DNA of 64,000 bases from Candidatus Multivoradales bacterium (GTDB taxonomy: Bacteria > Acidobacteriota > Thermoanaerobaculia > Multivoradales > JAHEKO01), in contig CBDFIJ010000004.1 of assembly GCA_965248055.1 (NCBI GenBank), positions 3,168,001 to 3,232,000 on the forward strand, in the 5' to 3' direction. The stretch's first letter is position 1. Every line of letters begins with the position of its first letter. Positions 1 through 9,724 of the stretch are shown here, one piece after another. Position numbers and translations under genes: made by a program. Under the pieces are notes generated by a model. It searched no databases. It worked only from the letters and a program-made list of their open reading frames with translations, and had not been told where the DNA came from.

Positions 1-103
1 GCTGCGAGCCAAACTGAAGCGACATCGATCGAGAAGCAGGGCCGGGGGACGGCGAGGCAATGGAGAAGACAATGTTCGCCCCGGGCCCTGGGTCAACTGA
101 TGA

Positions 104-122
104 AATCAATGATTCATTGATT
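104..122. promoter_or_regulatory. Perfect palindrome upstream of lon, candidate operator
   Basis: AATCAATGA-T-TCATTGATT, 9-bp perfect inverted repeat, AT-rich in a GC-rich context, about 160 bp upstream of the lon start. Confidence 0.4.
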
Positions 123-284
123 GAGGAGGCTCGGTCGCCGATCGTCTTGGTTTGGTTCACGGGGTTTACAGTCTGTTTGTGGGGTGCGCTGTTTTCGCTT
201 GGCGTACGTTTGAGAATGCCGCTCTAGGAATCAAATGGTCAGACAATCGGTTTAGAAGGTGGAAGGAAGCTACACGGAGACTTC

Positions 285-2732
285 ATGACTGAAACATTGA
301 CCCTGCCGATCCTGCCACTTCGCAACATGGTTCTATTTCCATCGGTCACCACGCCGATTCGGGCTGGCCGACCGGTCACTATGCGCGGCGTAGAGGCTTC
401 GATTGCCCGCCCAGATCGACTGATCTTCGCTTTATTGCAGACCGACGATAACGTTCAAGTCGATCTAGACCGGATGCATTCTGTTGGCACCATCGCGCGC
501 ATCGACCAGGTGCAAAAGGTTGGTAACAACCTCCAGTTGTTGGTCACCGGAGTCAAGCGTGGAGTTTTGGTGCGCGCCGAGAAAAAGGATCGCCATTTCG
601 AAGCAGTGGTGCGCTCCGCGGAGGAGATGTTTCCACCCTCGGTTGAAGACGCTGCCTTTGTCGCGCTGCAGCGAGAGCTCACCGAACGCGCCACCGAACT
701 GGCAGAGAAGGCTGGGTTGCCTGAGGAAATCATTCAGCGGGCATTGGAAGCGGTGGAGCACGCCGGCGAGTTGTCTGATTTGGTCACCAGTTATTTGGAG
801 CTGGATACCCCGCTGAAACAAGAGCTGCTCGCCAATTTGTCGGTCGAAGAGAGGCTACGCCAAGTGCTGCTCCAAGTACAAAAGCAACTGAATGTGGTCA
901 CCGCCCAAGAGGACATTCAGTCTCGGGTGCGCGAAGAGCTAGGCGATCGACAGCGGGAGATGTTGTTGCGTGAACAACTGAAAGCGATTCAGGAAGAATT
1001 GGGACAATCCGACGAGGTAGGGGAGTTGGAAGAGCTGCGCCAGAAGCTGGATGCGCTGGAACTCGGCAAGGCAGCCCGCAAAGAGGTTGACCGAGAGTTC
1101 GATCGGATCCAACGGATGAATCGGGAATCGATGGAGTACCAAGTGATTCGTTCGTTTTTGGAGACCGTTTCTGAGCTTCCTTGGAACGAGCGCACCGATG
1201 ACGACCTTGACCTCGCTGAGGCGACTCAGATTCTGGAAGAGGACCACTACGGCTTGGCCGACGTCAAGGACCGGGTGCTGGAGTTCTTAGCGGTCAAGAA
1301 ACTGCAGTTGGCGAAGGACGCGTCGAGTTCTGAAGCGAAATCGGACGATGAGGAAGGTACGGTCGGCAACGATGACGACAAGGCGACGGCGCCGATCTTG
1401 CTGTTTGGAGGTCCTCCAGGGGTCGGCAAGACTTCGATCGCCAAGTCGATTGCCCGCGCCATGGGGCGCGAGTACGTGCGTATCTCGCTGGGAGGTGCAC
1501 GGGACGAGGCGGATATCCGCGGTCACCGCAGAACCTACGTCGGCGCGATGCCGGGGCGGATTATCCAGGGCATGCGCCAAGCTGGAACCATGAACCCGGT
1601 GTTCTTGCTGGATGAGGTCGACAAGCTGGGAGCTTCATTTCAAGGTGATCCGGCTTCGGCCCTGTTAGAGGTCTTAGATCCGGCGCAGAACAATAGTTTC
1701 GCTGACCATTACCTAGGCCTGCCGTTTGACCTCTCGGAGGTGTTGTTTATCGCTACCGCCAATTTCCTGCAGAACATTCCGGGGCCGCTGTTGGATCGCA
1801 TGGAGATCGTCGAGTTTTCCGGCTATACCGAGCGGGAAAAACTGGAGATCGCTAAACGCTATTTGGTGCCCCGGCAAACCCGCCGCCACGCCCTAGACGC
1901 CGAGACCTTGGTGATTTCCGACGAGGCCATCCAGCGGGTGATCTCTCACTACACCCGAGAGGCCGGAGTACGCGGACTGGAACGGGCGTTGGGTAAGTTG
2001 GCGCGTAAGGCGGCGCGCAGAATCGCTACCGGCGAAGCCGAGCGCATCGAAGTCGACGTCGAGGCCGTCCGCGAGTTGCTAGGACGCCCCAACGCCCGCC
2101 CAGAAAAGGCCGCCGACGAGGACGAGGTCGGGATCGCCACCGGGATGTACTACACCCCGGCGGGAGGAGACATCATGTTTGTCGAAGTCACCACCATGCG
2201 GGGGCGCGGAGAATTGGTGCTCACCGGCCAACTGGGCGACGTGATGAAGGAGTCCGCCCGTGCCGCTTGGAGCTACGCGCGCAGTCACGCCACTGCATTG
2301 GGCATTGAGGACGCGATGTTCGAACGTGATGTCCACGTTCATGTACCTGCGGGGGCGATCCCCAAAGACGGGCCTTCAGCGGGTGTCACCATGGCAACCG
2401 CTCTGATCTCTAGCTTGGCGGGCAGGCCCGCGCGTCACGACGTAGCGATGACCGGCGAATTGACGCTGTCGGGCCGCGTCTTGCCGATTGGTGGAGTGAA
2501 AGAAAAAGTGCTGGGTGCCGTCCGCGCCGGAATCACCGAGGTCATCCTGCCGAAAGAGAACGAAGGCGATCTTGAAGACTTATCTGAAGAGATCGTCGCG
2601 GACTTAACGGTGCACCCGGTGGAGCACCTGCGAGACGTGGTCCGGATTGCGCTACCCGGCGTGGATTTTCGGCCGGAACCCGACCTGGAGGCTGCGGACG
2701 CCGAAGTCGCTAGCGACCTGAGTTCTAACTAG
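285..2732 (+). CDS. lon: ATP-dependent Lon protease (paralog 1)
   Basis: LON N-domain (LPILPLRNMVLFP), Walker [24 protein letters not shown], catalytic PKDGPSAG and GGVKEK. Confidence 0.97.
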   Translation: MTETLTLPILPLRNMVLFPSVTTPIRAGRPVTMRGVEASIARPDRLIFALLQTDDNVQVDLDRMHSVGTIARIDQVQKVGNNLQLLVTGVKRGVLVRAEKKDRHFEAVVRSAEEMFPPSVEDAAFVALQRELTERATELAEKAGLPEEIIQRALEAVEHAGELSDLVTSYLELDTPLKQELLANLSVEERLRQVLLQVQKQLNVVTAQEDIQSRVREELGDRQREMLLREQLKAIQEELGQSDEVGELEELRQKLDALELGKAARKEVDREFDRIQRMNRESMEYQVIRSFLETVSELPWNERTDDDLDLAEATQILEEDHYGLADVKDRVLEFLAVKKLQLAKDASSSEAKSDDEEGTVGNDDDKATAPILLFGGPPGVGKTSIAKSIARAMGREYVRISLGGARDEADIRGHRRTYVGAMPGRIIQGMRQAGTMNPVFLLDEVDKLGASFQGDPASALLEVLDPAQNNSFADHYLGLPFDLSEVLFIATANFLQNIPGPLLDRMEIVEFSGYTEREKLEIAKRYLVPRQTRRHALDAETLVISDEAIQRVISHYTREAGVRGLERALGKLARKAARRIATGEAERIEVDVEAVRELLGRPNARPEKAADEDEVGIATGMYYTPAGGDIMFVEVTTMRGRGELVLTGQLGDVMKESARAAWSYARSHATALGIEDAMFERDVHVHVPAGAIPKDGPSAGVTMATALISSLAGRPARHDVAMTGELTLSGRVLPIGGVKEKVLGAVRAGITEVILPKENEGDLEDLSEEIVADLTVHPVEHLRDVVRIALPGVDFRPEPDLEAADAEVASDLSSN

Positions 2733-4359
2733 CCTGGATAATTCACGAGTTTAAATGACAAAGGGGGCGAAATCCGATTAAATCGTAGTTGTTCAAAGAC
2801 TTACGACAAAACCGAGAGGACGCCCCCCGATGACAGAGTGTAACGCACAACTAACGCTAGGTTTTCATCCTAATCTGCCGGTGTGTGTGAGCTTCAACGG
2901 TCCCGATATTTCTTCAGACGGCGGTGGACTTTTGCTGCGTCAGGTCGATGACCGTCTGGCTCTTACGTCTGGGTTTGCCGCCTGTCTAGCCGACACCCGA
3001 GAGGCGTCTCGTGTGCTGCACGACCGTCACGAGCAGACCCGTCAGCGGTTGTATCAGATCGCCTTAGGCTATGAAGACTGTAACGACGCCGATACGCTCA
3101 GACACGATCCATTGCTTAAGACAGTGTGTGATCGGACACCCAATGATCCAGTAGGTCTGTCCTCCCAGCCGACGCTGTCACGGTTTGAGAATGCTCCAGA
3201 TGGCTTGACGTTAAGACGCTTAACGCGTTGGCTGGAACAGAGCTGGATTGACGCCTTGCCAGAGTCGACAAGCGAGATCATCTTGGATATCGACGCTACC
3301 GATGATGAAACCCACGGCCAGCAGCAGCGTTCCTTCTTCCACGGCTTCTACGATCACCACATGTACCACCCGCTGATGGTCTACGACGGCGACAGTGGAC
3401 AGCTCGTTAGTGCCTTCTTGCGTCCGGGTAACACTCACTCCAGCCGCGGTGCTTTGGGCTTGCTGCGACGATTGATCGGTCGCCTTAAACAGCGTTTTCC
3501 CGAAGTCGCTATCGTGGTGCGAGGAGATGCCGGTTTCGCCATGCCTAAGCTCATGAAAGCACTTGAAAAGCTTGATGTGGACTACCTGTTTGGCATCGCC
3601 AAGAACGCTCGGCTCAAACGCCTTGCCGAACCGACGATGGATTGGGCCGAAGAGATGTTTGATCGCTCAGAGACTACCGTCAAGCGGTTCACCAGCTTCG
3701 AGTACGCCGCTCGAAGCTGGCCCTATACTCGACGCATCATCGCCAAGGCCGAACACTCGGCCTTTGGACCCAATCCGCGCTTCGTGGTCACTTCGCTCGA
3801 AGGCTTCGACGCCGAAACGCTCTATCGAGCCTACACCCAGCGCGGTTTGTGCGAACTCTGGATCAAGGACTTCAAATGCGCCCTGGCGGCTGATCGGCTT
3901 TCGTGCTCAAGCTTTGCCGCCAATAGCTTCCGTCTCTTGCTCCACGCGGCCGCCTACCGACTCCTTCACGCCCTTAGACAAGAAGCTGCCATGGTCTCTC
4001 CAGAACTCGGCCGAGCCCAATTCGATATCCTTAGGCTTCGATTGCTCAAAGTAGCAGCGATTGTGCGCCAAAGTGTACGGCGCTTGTCGATCCAGTTACC
4101 CAGAGCCTACCCCTGGAGCTACGCCTTCGCCTGGCTCGCTCAGCGCATCAACGCTCCGCCTCTTCTCGCCTGAAAAACCCCAGACAGAACAACTGCCTCC
4201 TTTTTCAACTCCACCGTCGAACTGTGTCCGAACCTCGCTCTACCAACACTCACAAACGCCTTCTCGCCATTAGCCTCTGACAACCAAACATTTTCAACTG
4301 CTCAGCGTGACCTAAACTGACCTTTTCACTACAAATTCAAACCTCATGAATAATGCAGG
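2733..4359 (+). mobile_element. IS1380-family element, copy 1 (1627 bp)
   Basis: IRL CCTGGATAATTCACGAG and IRR (rc) CCTGCATTATTCATGAG; CTAG on both sides; near-identical to 10437-12063. Confidence 0.93.
2830..4173 (+). CDS. IS1380-family DDE transposase
   Basis: SSDGGGLLL, GYEDCNDADTLRHDP, SQPTLSRFEN, LDIDAT, RGDAGF, Y-x2-RG-x2-E motifs. Confidence 0.93.
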   Translation: MTECNAQLTLGFHPNLPVCVSFNGPDISSDGGGLLLRQVDDRLALTSGFAACLADTREASRVLHDRHEQTRQRLYQIALGYEDCNDADTLRHDPLLKTVCDRTPNDPVGLSSQPTLSRFENAPDGLTLRRLTRWLEQSWIDALPESTSEIILDIDATDDETHGQQQRSFFHGFYDHHMYHPLMVYDGDSGQLVSAFLRPGNTHSSRGALGLLRRLIGRLKQRFPEVAIVVRGDAGFAMPKLMKALEKLDVDYLFGIAKNARLKRLAEPTMDWAEEMFDRSETTVKRFTSFEYAARSWPYTRRIIAKAEHSAFGPNPRFVVTSLEGFDAETLYRAYTQRGLCELWIKDFKCALAADRLSCSSFAANSFRLLLHAAAYRLLHALRQEAAMVSPELGRAQFDILRLRLLKVAAIVRQSVRRLSIQLPRAYPWSYAFAWLAQRINAPPLLA

Positions 4360-4894
4360 CTAGGGTTTCCTTGCCCCAGGCAGGAAAGTCTCGACGGAGA
4401 CTTTCGACTCTCTGTACCAATTCAGGTGACCAGTCAGCCTTACGCACCCGCTTGGGTCGGCTTGATATCGGTTCTAGATGTCGGGGGCCACGCTCAAGGC
4501 GTTTGCGCCAGCGGTAAAGGGTAGCTCGACTCTTGCCCAAGATCTGAGCTGCTTCTTCACCCGAGATCCCCTTGTCGCGTAGTTGCTCGAAGCTCGCAAC
4601 CAAGCGCAGCCGATCACGAGCCTGAGAGCTTAAGACAACGATGTCTTCACGGTAGTACTTGTAGAAACTTGGATCGAGTGCGACGATTTGCATCTGGGGG
4701 CCTCCCTTCGTTTTGGGTTATTCGATAGACCCGAAGGATCTTGGCCCCCTTTTTACTTGTCAAGGCTGTGGATGATGATGGGCTGGTGCAAAGCCAGCTA
4801 CGCTTGCCTTCCCACAGCCCTTGGAAATCTCTCACGAGATTCCCACAGCCTCGGCGACTAACGGCGCTGTCTCACAGGTGTTTGATCTAGGTCA
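4360..4894 (-). mobile_element. 5' half of IS481-like element type A, broken at CTAG by IS1380
   Basis: Matches the 5' part of intact copy 43372-44623 including end TGACCTAGATC; ORF 4337-4693 equals the transposase N-terminus up to WGKETLA. Confidence 0.9.
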
Positions 4895-5937
4895 GTTCTT
4901 GTATGCGTCCATGACATTTGGCACTGATCGGTATGTTCAGCTACGTATTGTAGCGGTGGTCTTTGTCCGTGGCTCCAGTGAGGCCTTTCGGCGTTAAACC
5001 AGAGCAGCCAGTCGAAGAGTTTTTCGTTGAAAGCTTCGAGATCTGTGAAGAGCAAGTCTTCGTTGTAGTCAACGAATTTCTCTTGAATGGTGCGATTGAA
5101 TCTCTCGGCTTGGGCGTTCATCTTCGGGCACCTGGGGTAGGTGTACCAGCGTTTGATTCCAGCCTCAGCAGCTTTCTTGTCGAAGGCTCCTTGAAACTCA
5201 CTACCGTTGTCTGAGAGCACGGTAGTAACGGCAAATGGCAAGACGTCGAGACTCAGGTCCAGGAAACGGGCAGCCATGGTTGCGGTGTGAGAGTTAGTGG
5301 CTATTGCCAGGCTCATGCTGCTGGCGGCATCGGTCAGGGTGATCAGGTACCGGCGTTGGCCGTCGCAGAATCGCTCGATGGTGTCTACTCCCACCCACTG
5401 GCCCGGAGAGCGGGCCTTGGTTCCTTTGGGTTTGCGAGGCTTACGCTTTCGTTTTGCTTTCACTCGGCCCAGGCGATCAATCCTTTGGGGCACCAAGCGC
5501 ATCTTGTCGGGAGCGTCGGCAATGATATGGCCAATCGTGCTCACAGACGGGCAGTCAATCCCTAGCGCCTCGCACCAGGGTTTCAAGAGTGGGTAGATCT
5601 TGTCCTTGCCAAAGTTAGGCTCTTTCACCCGCAGTCGACGGATCTCGGCCACTACATCAAGAGGCCAAGCACGACGTCTTCTCTTCTTCGGAGCTGTTGA
5701 CTGAGGGTTTAGAGAGGTTAGCTTTCCTTGCGACCTACGAAGCCGAGATTTCCAGCGGTACAGGGTCCTTCGGCTCACCGAAAATGCATCGATCGTCGCT
5801 TCGATCCCATGTTCCTGCCAGAATCTCAATACTCGGATACGTTTCTCAGCACTATCTTGGGTCATGACCCAAGATACCCCTAGATGACGAAGATGTACCA
5901 GGCCTTGGAAACGCCCTCTGATCAGTCTTGTCGGCAT
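4858..5937 (-). CDS. IS481-like (HTH + rve integrase core) transposase
   Basis: HTH SRRTLYRWK; DDE: VGVDT, SDNGSEF, NAQAERFNRT; GAGGAG RBS; ORF runs past the element end. Confidence 0.88.
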   Translation of the reverse strand: MPTRLIRGRFQGLVHLRHLGVSWVMTQDSAEKRIRVLRFWQEHGIEATIDAFSVSRRTLYRWKSRLRRSQGKLTSLNPQSTAPKKRRRRAWPLDVVAEIRRLRVKEPNFGKDKIYPLLKPWCEALGIDCPSVSTIGHIIADAPDKMRLVPQRIDRLGRVKAKRKRKPRKPKGTKARSPGQWVGVDTIERFCDGQRRYLITLTDAASSMSLAIATNSHTATMAARFLDLSLDVLPFAVTTVLSDNGSEFQGAFDKKAAEAGIKRWYTYPRCPKMNAQAERFNRTIQEKFVDYNEDLLFTDLEAFNEKLFDWLLWFNAERPHWSHGQRPPLQYVAEHTDQCQMSWTHTRTDLDQTPVRQRR

Positions 5938-5983
5938 CAGATCTCCTCACTGAACCTGTGCCAGATGTTTCTGAACGCATGCA
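4900..5983 (-). mobile_element. IS481-like element type B
   Basis: Imperfect IRs TGTATGCGTCCATGACATTTGGCAC / TGCATGCGTTCAGAAACATCTGGCAC; no target duplication seen. Confidence 0.8.
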
Positions 5984-6014
5984 TCGGCAGCAGTTCGGTC
6001 AGTCCTCACAACCG

Positions 6015-7382
6015 GAGATATAACCGAAAGTTGTGTATGAGAGTTTGAAGGCGGCGTATCCTGAGCCCGGTTTTTGTCTGGGTTCAATCATCCAAAAAAG
6101 GAGGATACGCCGTTGAGCAAGAGTAACGTAATTTCAATCGATCAGTCAGAGCGTCCTGAGGACGCTCTGAGCGAGGTCCTTCGCCTGGGTTCACGGCTGC
6201 TTCTTTGCGAAGCAATCGAGGCCGAGGTGGCGAGTTTTTTGGCCGAGTACCAAGATCAACGTACAGCGGCGGGTCACCGCCGTTTGGTGAGAAACGGCTA
6301 CATGCCGGAGCGGGAGATCCAGACCGGTATAGGTGGAGTTTCAGTCAAGGTGCCACGGGTGCGGGATCGCCAGGGTGAGCTTCAGTTTCGCTCCAATCTA
6401 GTGCCACCGTACCTGCGCCGGTCCAAGAGCGTCGAGGATCTCTTGCCCTGGCTGTACTTGCGGGGGATATCGACCGGAGACTTCAGCGATGCTCTCGAGG
6501 CCCTGGTGGGTCCTGATGCACCTGGGCTTTCAGCTTCGACGGTGAGCCGGCTCAAACGCGTCTGGGGCCAGGAGTACAGCGAATGGCGGCAGCGCGATCT
6601 TTCTTCCAAGCGCTACGTCTACGTATGGGCTGACGGCATCTACTGCAAGGCTCGTCTGGATAACGCCAAGCTCTGCTTGCTGGTGTTAATTGGGGCCACA
6701 GCGGATGGCAACAAGGAGCTGATCGCTGTTGAAGACGGTTACCGGGAGAGTGAGGCGTCATGGCTGGAGCTGCTGCGAGGCTTGGAGAGAAGAGGCCTTA
6801 CATTCGAGCCTAAGATCGCAATCGGTGATGGCAACCTGGGTTTCTGGAAGGCTCTGGCTCAGGTGTGGGGCAATACCAAGACCCAGCGCTGCTGGGTCCA
6901 CAAGACGGCCAACATCTTGAATAAGCTCCCCAAGGTGATCCAACCCAAGGCCAAGCAGGCGATCCATCAGATCTGGATGGCCGAGACCAGGAAAGATGCC
7001 GAGAGGGCTTTTGATGCATTCCAGGCAATCTACCAAGCCAAATATCCGAAAGCGGTCCAGTGCTTGGTCAAAGATCGCGACCAGCTACTCGCTTTCTACG
7101 ATTTCCCGGCTGAGCACTGGCTGCACTTGAGGACCACTAACCCAATCGAATCAACCTTTGCCACCGTGCGCTTGAGAACCGCCAAGACCCGGGGCTGTCT
7201 GTCGAGAGAAACCATGCTCTCGATGGTCTTCAAGCTCTGTCAGAGTGCTGAGAAACGATGGCGAAGGCTACAGGGCTACAAGCGCATTGCCCAAGTCGTT
7301 GAAGGGGTCCATTTCGTCGACGGAGAAAAACAAAATCGGATCGCCGCCTGATGACCCGATACACAACTTTTGACAATAACTC
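6015..7382 (+). mobile_element. IS256-family element, copy 1
   Basis: IRs GAGATATAACCGAAAGTTGTGTAT / (rc) GAGTTATTGTCAAAAGTTGTGTAT; 9-bp direct repeat TCACAACCG (6006-6014, 7383-7391). Confidence 0.95.
6113..7351 (+). CDS. IS256-family (mutator) transposase
   Basis: RNGY, LYLRGIST, WADG, GDG, QRCWVHK, RTTNPIES; TTG start after AGGAGG. Confidence 0.93.
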   Translation: MSKSNVISIDQSERPEDALSEVLRLGSRLLLCEAIEAEVASFLAEYQDQRTAAGHRRLVRNGYMPEREIQTGIGGVSVKVPRVRDRQGELQFRSNLVPPYLRRSKSVEDLLPWLYLRGISTGDFSDALEALVGPDAPGLSASTVSRLKRVWGQEYSEWRQRDLSSKRYVYVWADGIYCKARLDNAKLCLLVLIGATADGNKELIAVEDGYRESEASWLELLRGLERRGLTFEPKIAIGDGNLGFWKALAQVWGNTKTQRCWVHKTANILNKLPKVIQPKAKQAIHQIWMAETRKDAERAFDAFQAIYQAKYPKAVQCLVKDRDQLLAFYDFPAEHWLHLRTTNPIESTFATVRLRTAKTRGCLSRETMLSMVFKLCQSAEKRWRRLQGYKRIAQVVEGVHFVDGEKQNRIAA

Positions 7383-7485
7383 TCACAACCGCCGCCCTGC
7401 GCAGTACGGCCCTTACAGCAAAACAAGTATGGTCACTGGGTCTCCACCGTCACTCAAACGTCGACGACGAAAAAACTCGATGTAA

Positions 7486-7629
7486 TTAAATGTGCTCTTC
7501 CTCGGCTGTGCCGGAGTGGTAATAGTCGAAGCGGAGAGACTTGCCGGTGAAGTGGTCGTCGAAGATCGGGTCGGCGGATAACCCCTGAGCAAGTACAAAC
7601 CCGAGTACGCCAGCAATCCAAATACGCAT
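7486..7629 (-). pseudogene. Truncated secreted protein resembling the peptidase M64 N-terminal domain
   Basis: GGAGG RBS + MRIWIAGVLGFVLAQGLSADPIFDDHFTGKSLRFDYYHSGTAEEEHI then TAA; F-x2-[HY]F-x2-K-x-LR-x-DYYHSG resembles M64 peptidase N-termini; not in ORF track. Confidence 0.6.
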
Positions 7630-8006
7630 TGATACCTCCCATTTCATCTCTTAATCCTACCTGGAAGCCCCTGTTAAAATGTCAACAGAAAATAGAGGCC
7701 CTTCGCCAAATGAACTCGGCAAGCGGAATGCTCACGGTGGCCTACGACTTGAAAGGCTTAGATACGAATCAAGAGATCCAGCGGTGTAGCTATGACTTTT
7801 TGAGAATGATCGGAGTCAGCATTTCACAAAGAGCCCACCCCAAGTCCGCCTTCTTGGCGATGACCATAGTCGCAAACCATTGCGGCAGACGCTCCTCTTT
7901 CCTCAATCTCTTCTGGAAACCAAACGTAAATTAATACCTGACTGTGGACAGGCACTCTATTGAGTAGATCAAATATTCGAAGACCACGATTCCTCCCGTA
8001 GTTCGA

Positions 8007-9194
8007 CTATTTAACGTTGCCGTGCTCTTGAATATTCGGAAAAGGTTCCGCCTCTGTGTCGTAAATCAGCCCAATCAAGTCTTCATGGGAGACCACCTGG
8101 ATTGGCTCGTTCTTCGCCTTGAGGTCCATCAGCCAAATGGAGTTCGGAGTCACAGAAACCCGGAAACAGGAAAATTTCTTTGATGAAGCCAGAACGTGAA
8201 ATCGATTTCGTTGTCCCGACACGGGATCTAACAGGTCAACCAAGCACTGCTTTCCTTCGTTGTCTTCTGCCACAAGTATGACTAACCTTTGTATGTACTT
8301 GTCCCAAGTGATATCGAGGAGCGTTGGCTCGTGGTTTACGCTTGTCGTAATTGGCTGACTCGTTACCTGCCCAGAGGGCTGAACAAGATCGGTCCCAGCT
8401 TGACTCAATTGCTGCTTACCCCGTTCTAGTAATTCGTTTGCTATTTCATTGGCCTCTTCTTCTGAAATGACATTCTCACGGAAGAATTCTGGGTCCTCAA
8501 ACGTGGTTCTAAGCTTCAATCCGTTTGACAACCGATAGATCCGATAGTTGGCGAGCTCGCCGGCAAATATGTGTGACCCGGTCGCAGAGACACGCAGGCC
8601 TCTCGCCGTCTTTTCTTTGCCTTCACCAATAAACAGGGCTTCTTTTTTGACGCTGAGGTCGTCTCCGTTAAGAACTAGCAGCCGTGGTAGCCCGGCCGCC
8701 CTCTTTGTCGAAGGCATTATGGGTAAGTACTGAGCCGCGGCGAGCCAATCGTGTCCAAACGACATGATGTCCCGAACCAGCATGTTGCTACTAGCAACTT
8801 GCCTACCTGTCTGCAGTGAGAAAACCGCCATTGGCTTCATTGCTCCAGCGACCGCAACGACGTTGCCCTGAACGGCCATTGCTCCTGCTGGACCGAGGTT
8901 TCCCACGCGTGAGCCATCTGTCCTAACAAGATAGACCTCCTTTTTACTTAACTTGCCTGTCTGGTAGTCATAGCTTCTGATAGATCCAACAGAGAGGTCT
9001 AGGTAGACAAGTTCTTTGCCATCGATAGCAGCTCTAAAGACCCCACCGCTAGTGATCGTTCCAAGCGCCCCTGACGGTGGTGCAGAAGAGACGACATGGA
9101 TTTGCGGCTCTTGCGCTAAGGCTATTCCACAAAGCCAAAACAGCAGCACGATAGTGCGCGCTTCGATCCGAGAGCTATGGTCAGTTCTAAACAC
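8007..9194 (-). CDS. Secreted hypothetical protein, probable beta-propeller-like fold
   Basis: Signal peptide (IVLLFWLCGIALA|Q), many short beta-strand-like segments; GTG start 6 nt after the upstream peptide stop. Confidence 0.7.
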   Translation of the reverse strand: MFRTDHSSRIEARTIVLLFWLCGIALAQEPQIHVVSSAPPSGALGTITSGGVFRAAIDGKELVYLDLSVGSIRSYDYQTGKLSKKEVYLVRTDGSRVGNLGPAGAMAVQGNVVAVAGAMKPMAVFSLQTGRQVASSNMLVRDIMSFGHDWLAAAQYLPIMPSTKRAAGLPRLLVLNGDDLSVKKEALFIGEGKEKTARGLRVSATGSHIFAGELANYRIYRLSNGLKLRTTFEDPEFFRENVISEEEANEIANELLERGKQQLSQAGTDLVQPSGQVTSQPITTSVNHEPTLLDITWDKYIQRLVILVAEDNEGKQCLVDLLDPVSGQRNRFHVLASSKKFSCFRVSVTPNSIWLMDLKAKNEPIQVVSHEDLIGLIYDTEAEPFPNIQEHGNVK

Positions 9195-9200
9195 TGCTCC

Positions 9201-9461
9201 CTAGCACTTATGAAAATGACCAGACGCAGCAACCCACTCGCCGTCTACCCAAACGTTACACCCGGTCCAGCATCCAGAACCTCCAACGTCCGAGAAATAA
9301 AAAGTGCCGCACTTGGTTTCGGCTGCGACGCCAAGCGGAATCAAAGCGCCTACAATGAACGCCAAGGTCGCGACCACCAAAAAATATCTTCGGATCAACA
9401 ATGCTTTTCTTAGGATTGCTGCGGTTTGCGCATCTGCTGCTTTCTTACTGGTTACTAGCAT
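9201..9461 (-). CDS. Small secreted 4-Cys peptide 2 (true start may be TTG near 9401)
   Basis: Signal peptide ending GVAA; mature ETKCGTFYFSDVGGSGCWTGCNVWVDGEWVAASGHFHKC; paralog of 9455-9643. Confidence 0.8.
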   Translation of the reverse strand: MLVTSKKAADAQTAAILRKALLIRRYFLVVATLAFIVGALIPLGVAAETKCGTFYFSDVGGSGCWTGCNVWVDGEWVAASGHFHKC

Positions 9462-9643
9462 CGATGAAATACTCCTGTGGTTATTATGACCTCACCGTTC
9501 TGCCAAACCATGCACCCTGACCAGCATCCAGAGCCCCCAAAATCTGAAAGAGATAGGGTCCCACACCAGTCATCATGAGCTGCTAGAGGCAAAGAAACAA
9601 CAAGCAAAATTACCGCAACGATCGTTGCTATCGACCTAGTCAC
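9455..9643 (-). CDS. Small secreted 4-Cys peptide 1
   Basis: AGGAG RBS, GTG start, signal peptide ending PLAA; mature HDDWCGTLSLSDFGGSGCWSGCMVWQNGEVIITTGVFHRC. Confidence 0.82.
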   Translation of the reverse strand: MTRSIATIVAVILLVVSLPLAAHDDWCGTLSLSDFGGSGCWSGCMVWQNGEVIITTGVFHRC

Positions 9644-9724
9644 ACGCGTTTCCTACTCCTTGGCGCCTTGACGCGCGATTTTTTTCTTCCGAAATGGACG
9701 CTACCACACAATCGATCTGCTGTC

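Noticed and set aside
7629-7934. 101-aa ORF on + strand
   Set aside because: TTG start without RBS, no motifs, lies over the upstream region of the opposite-strand gene stub
9201-9643. Classical RiPP cluster (lanthipeptide, ranthipeptide or bufferin)
   Set aside because: No modifying enzyme (LanM, radical SAM, MNIO) or peptidase-transporter adjacent; leaders look like Sec signals
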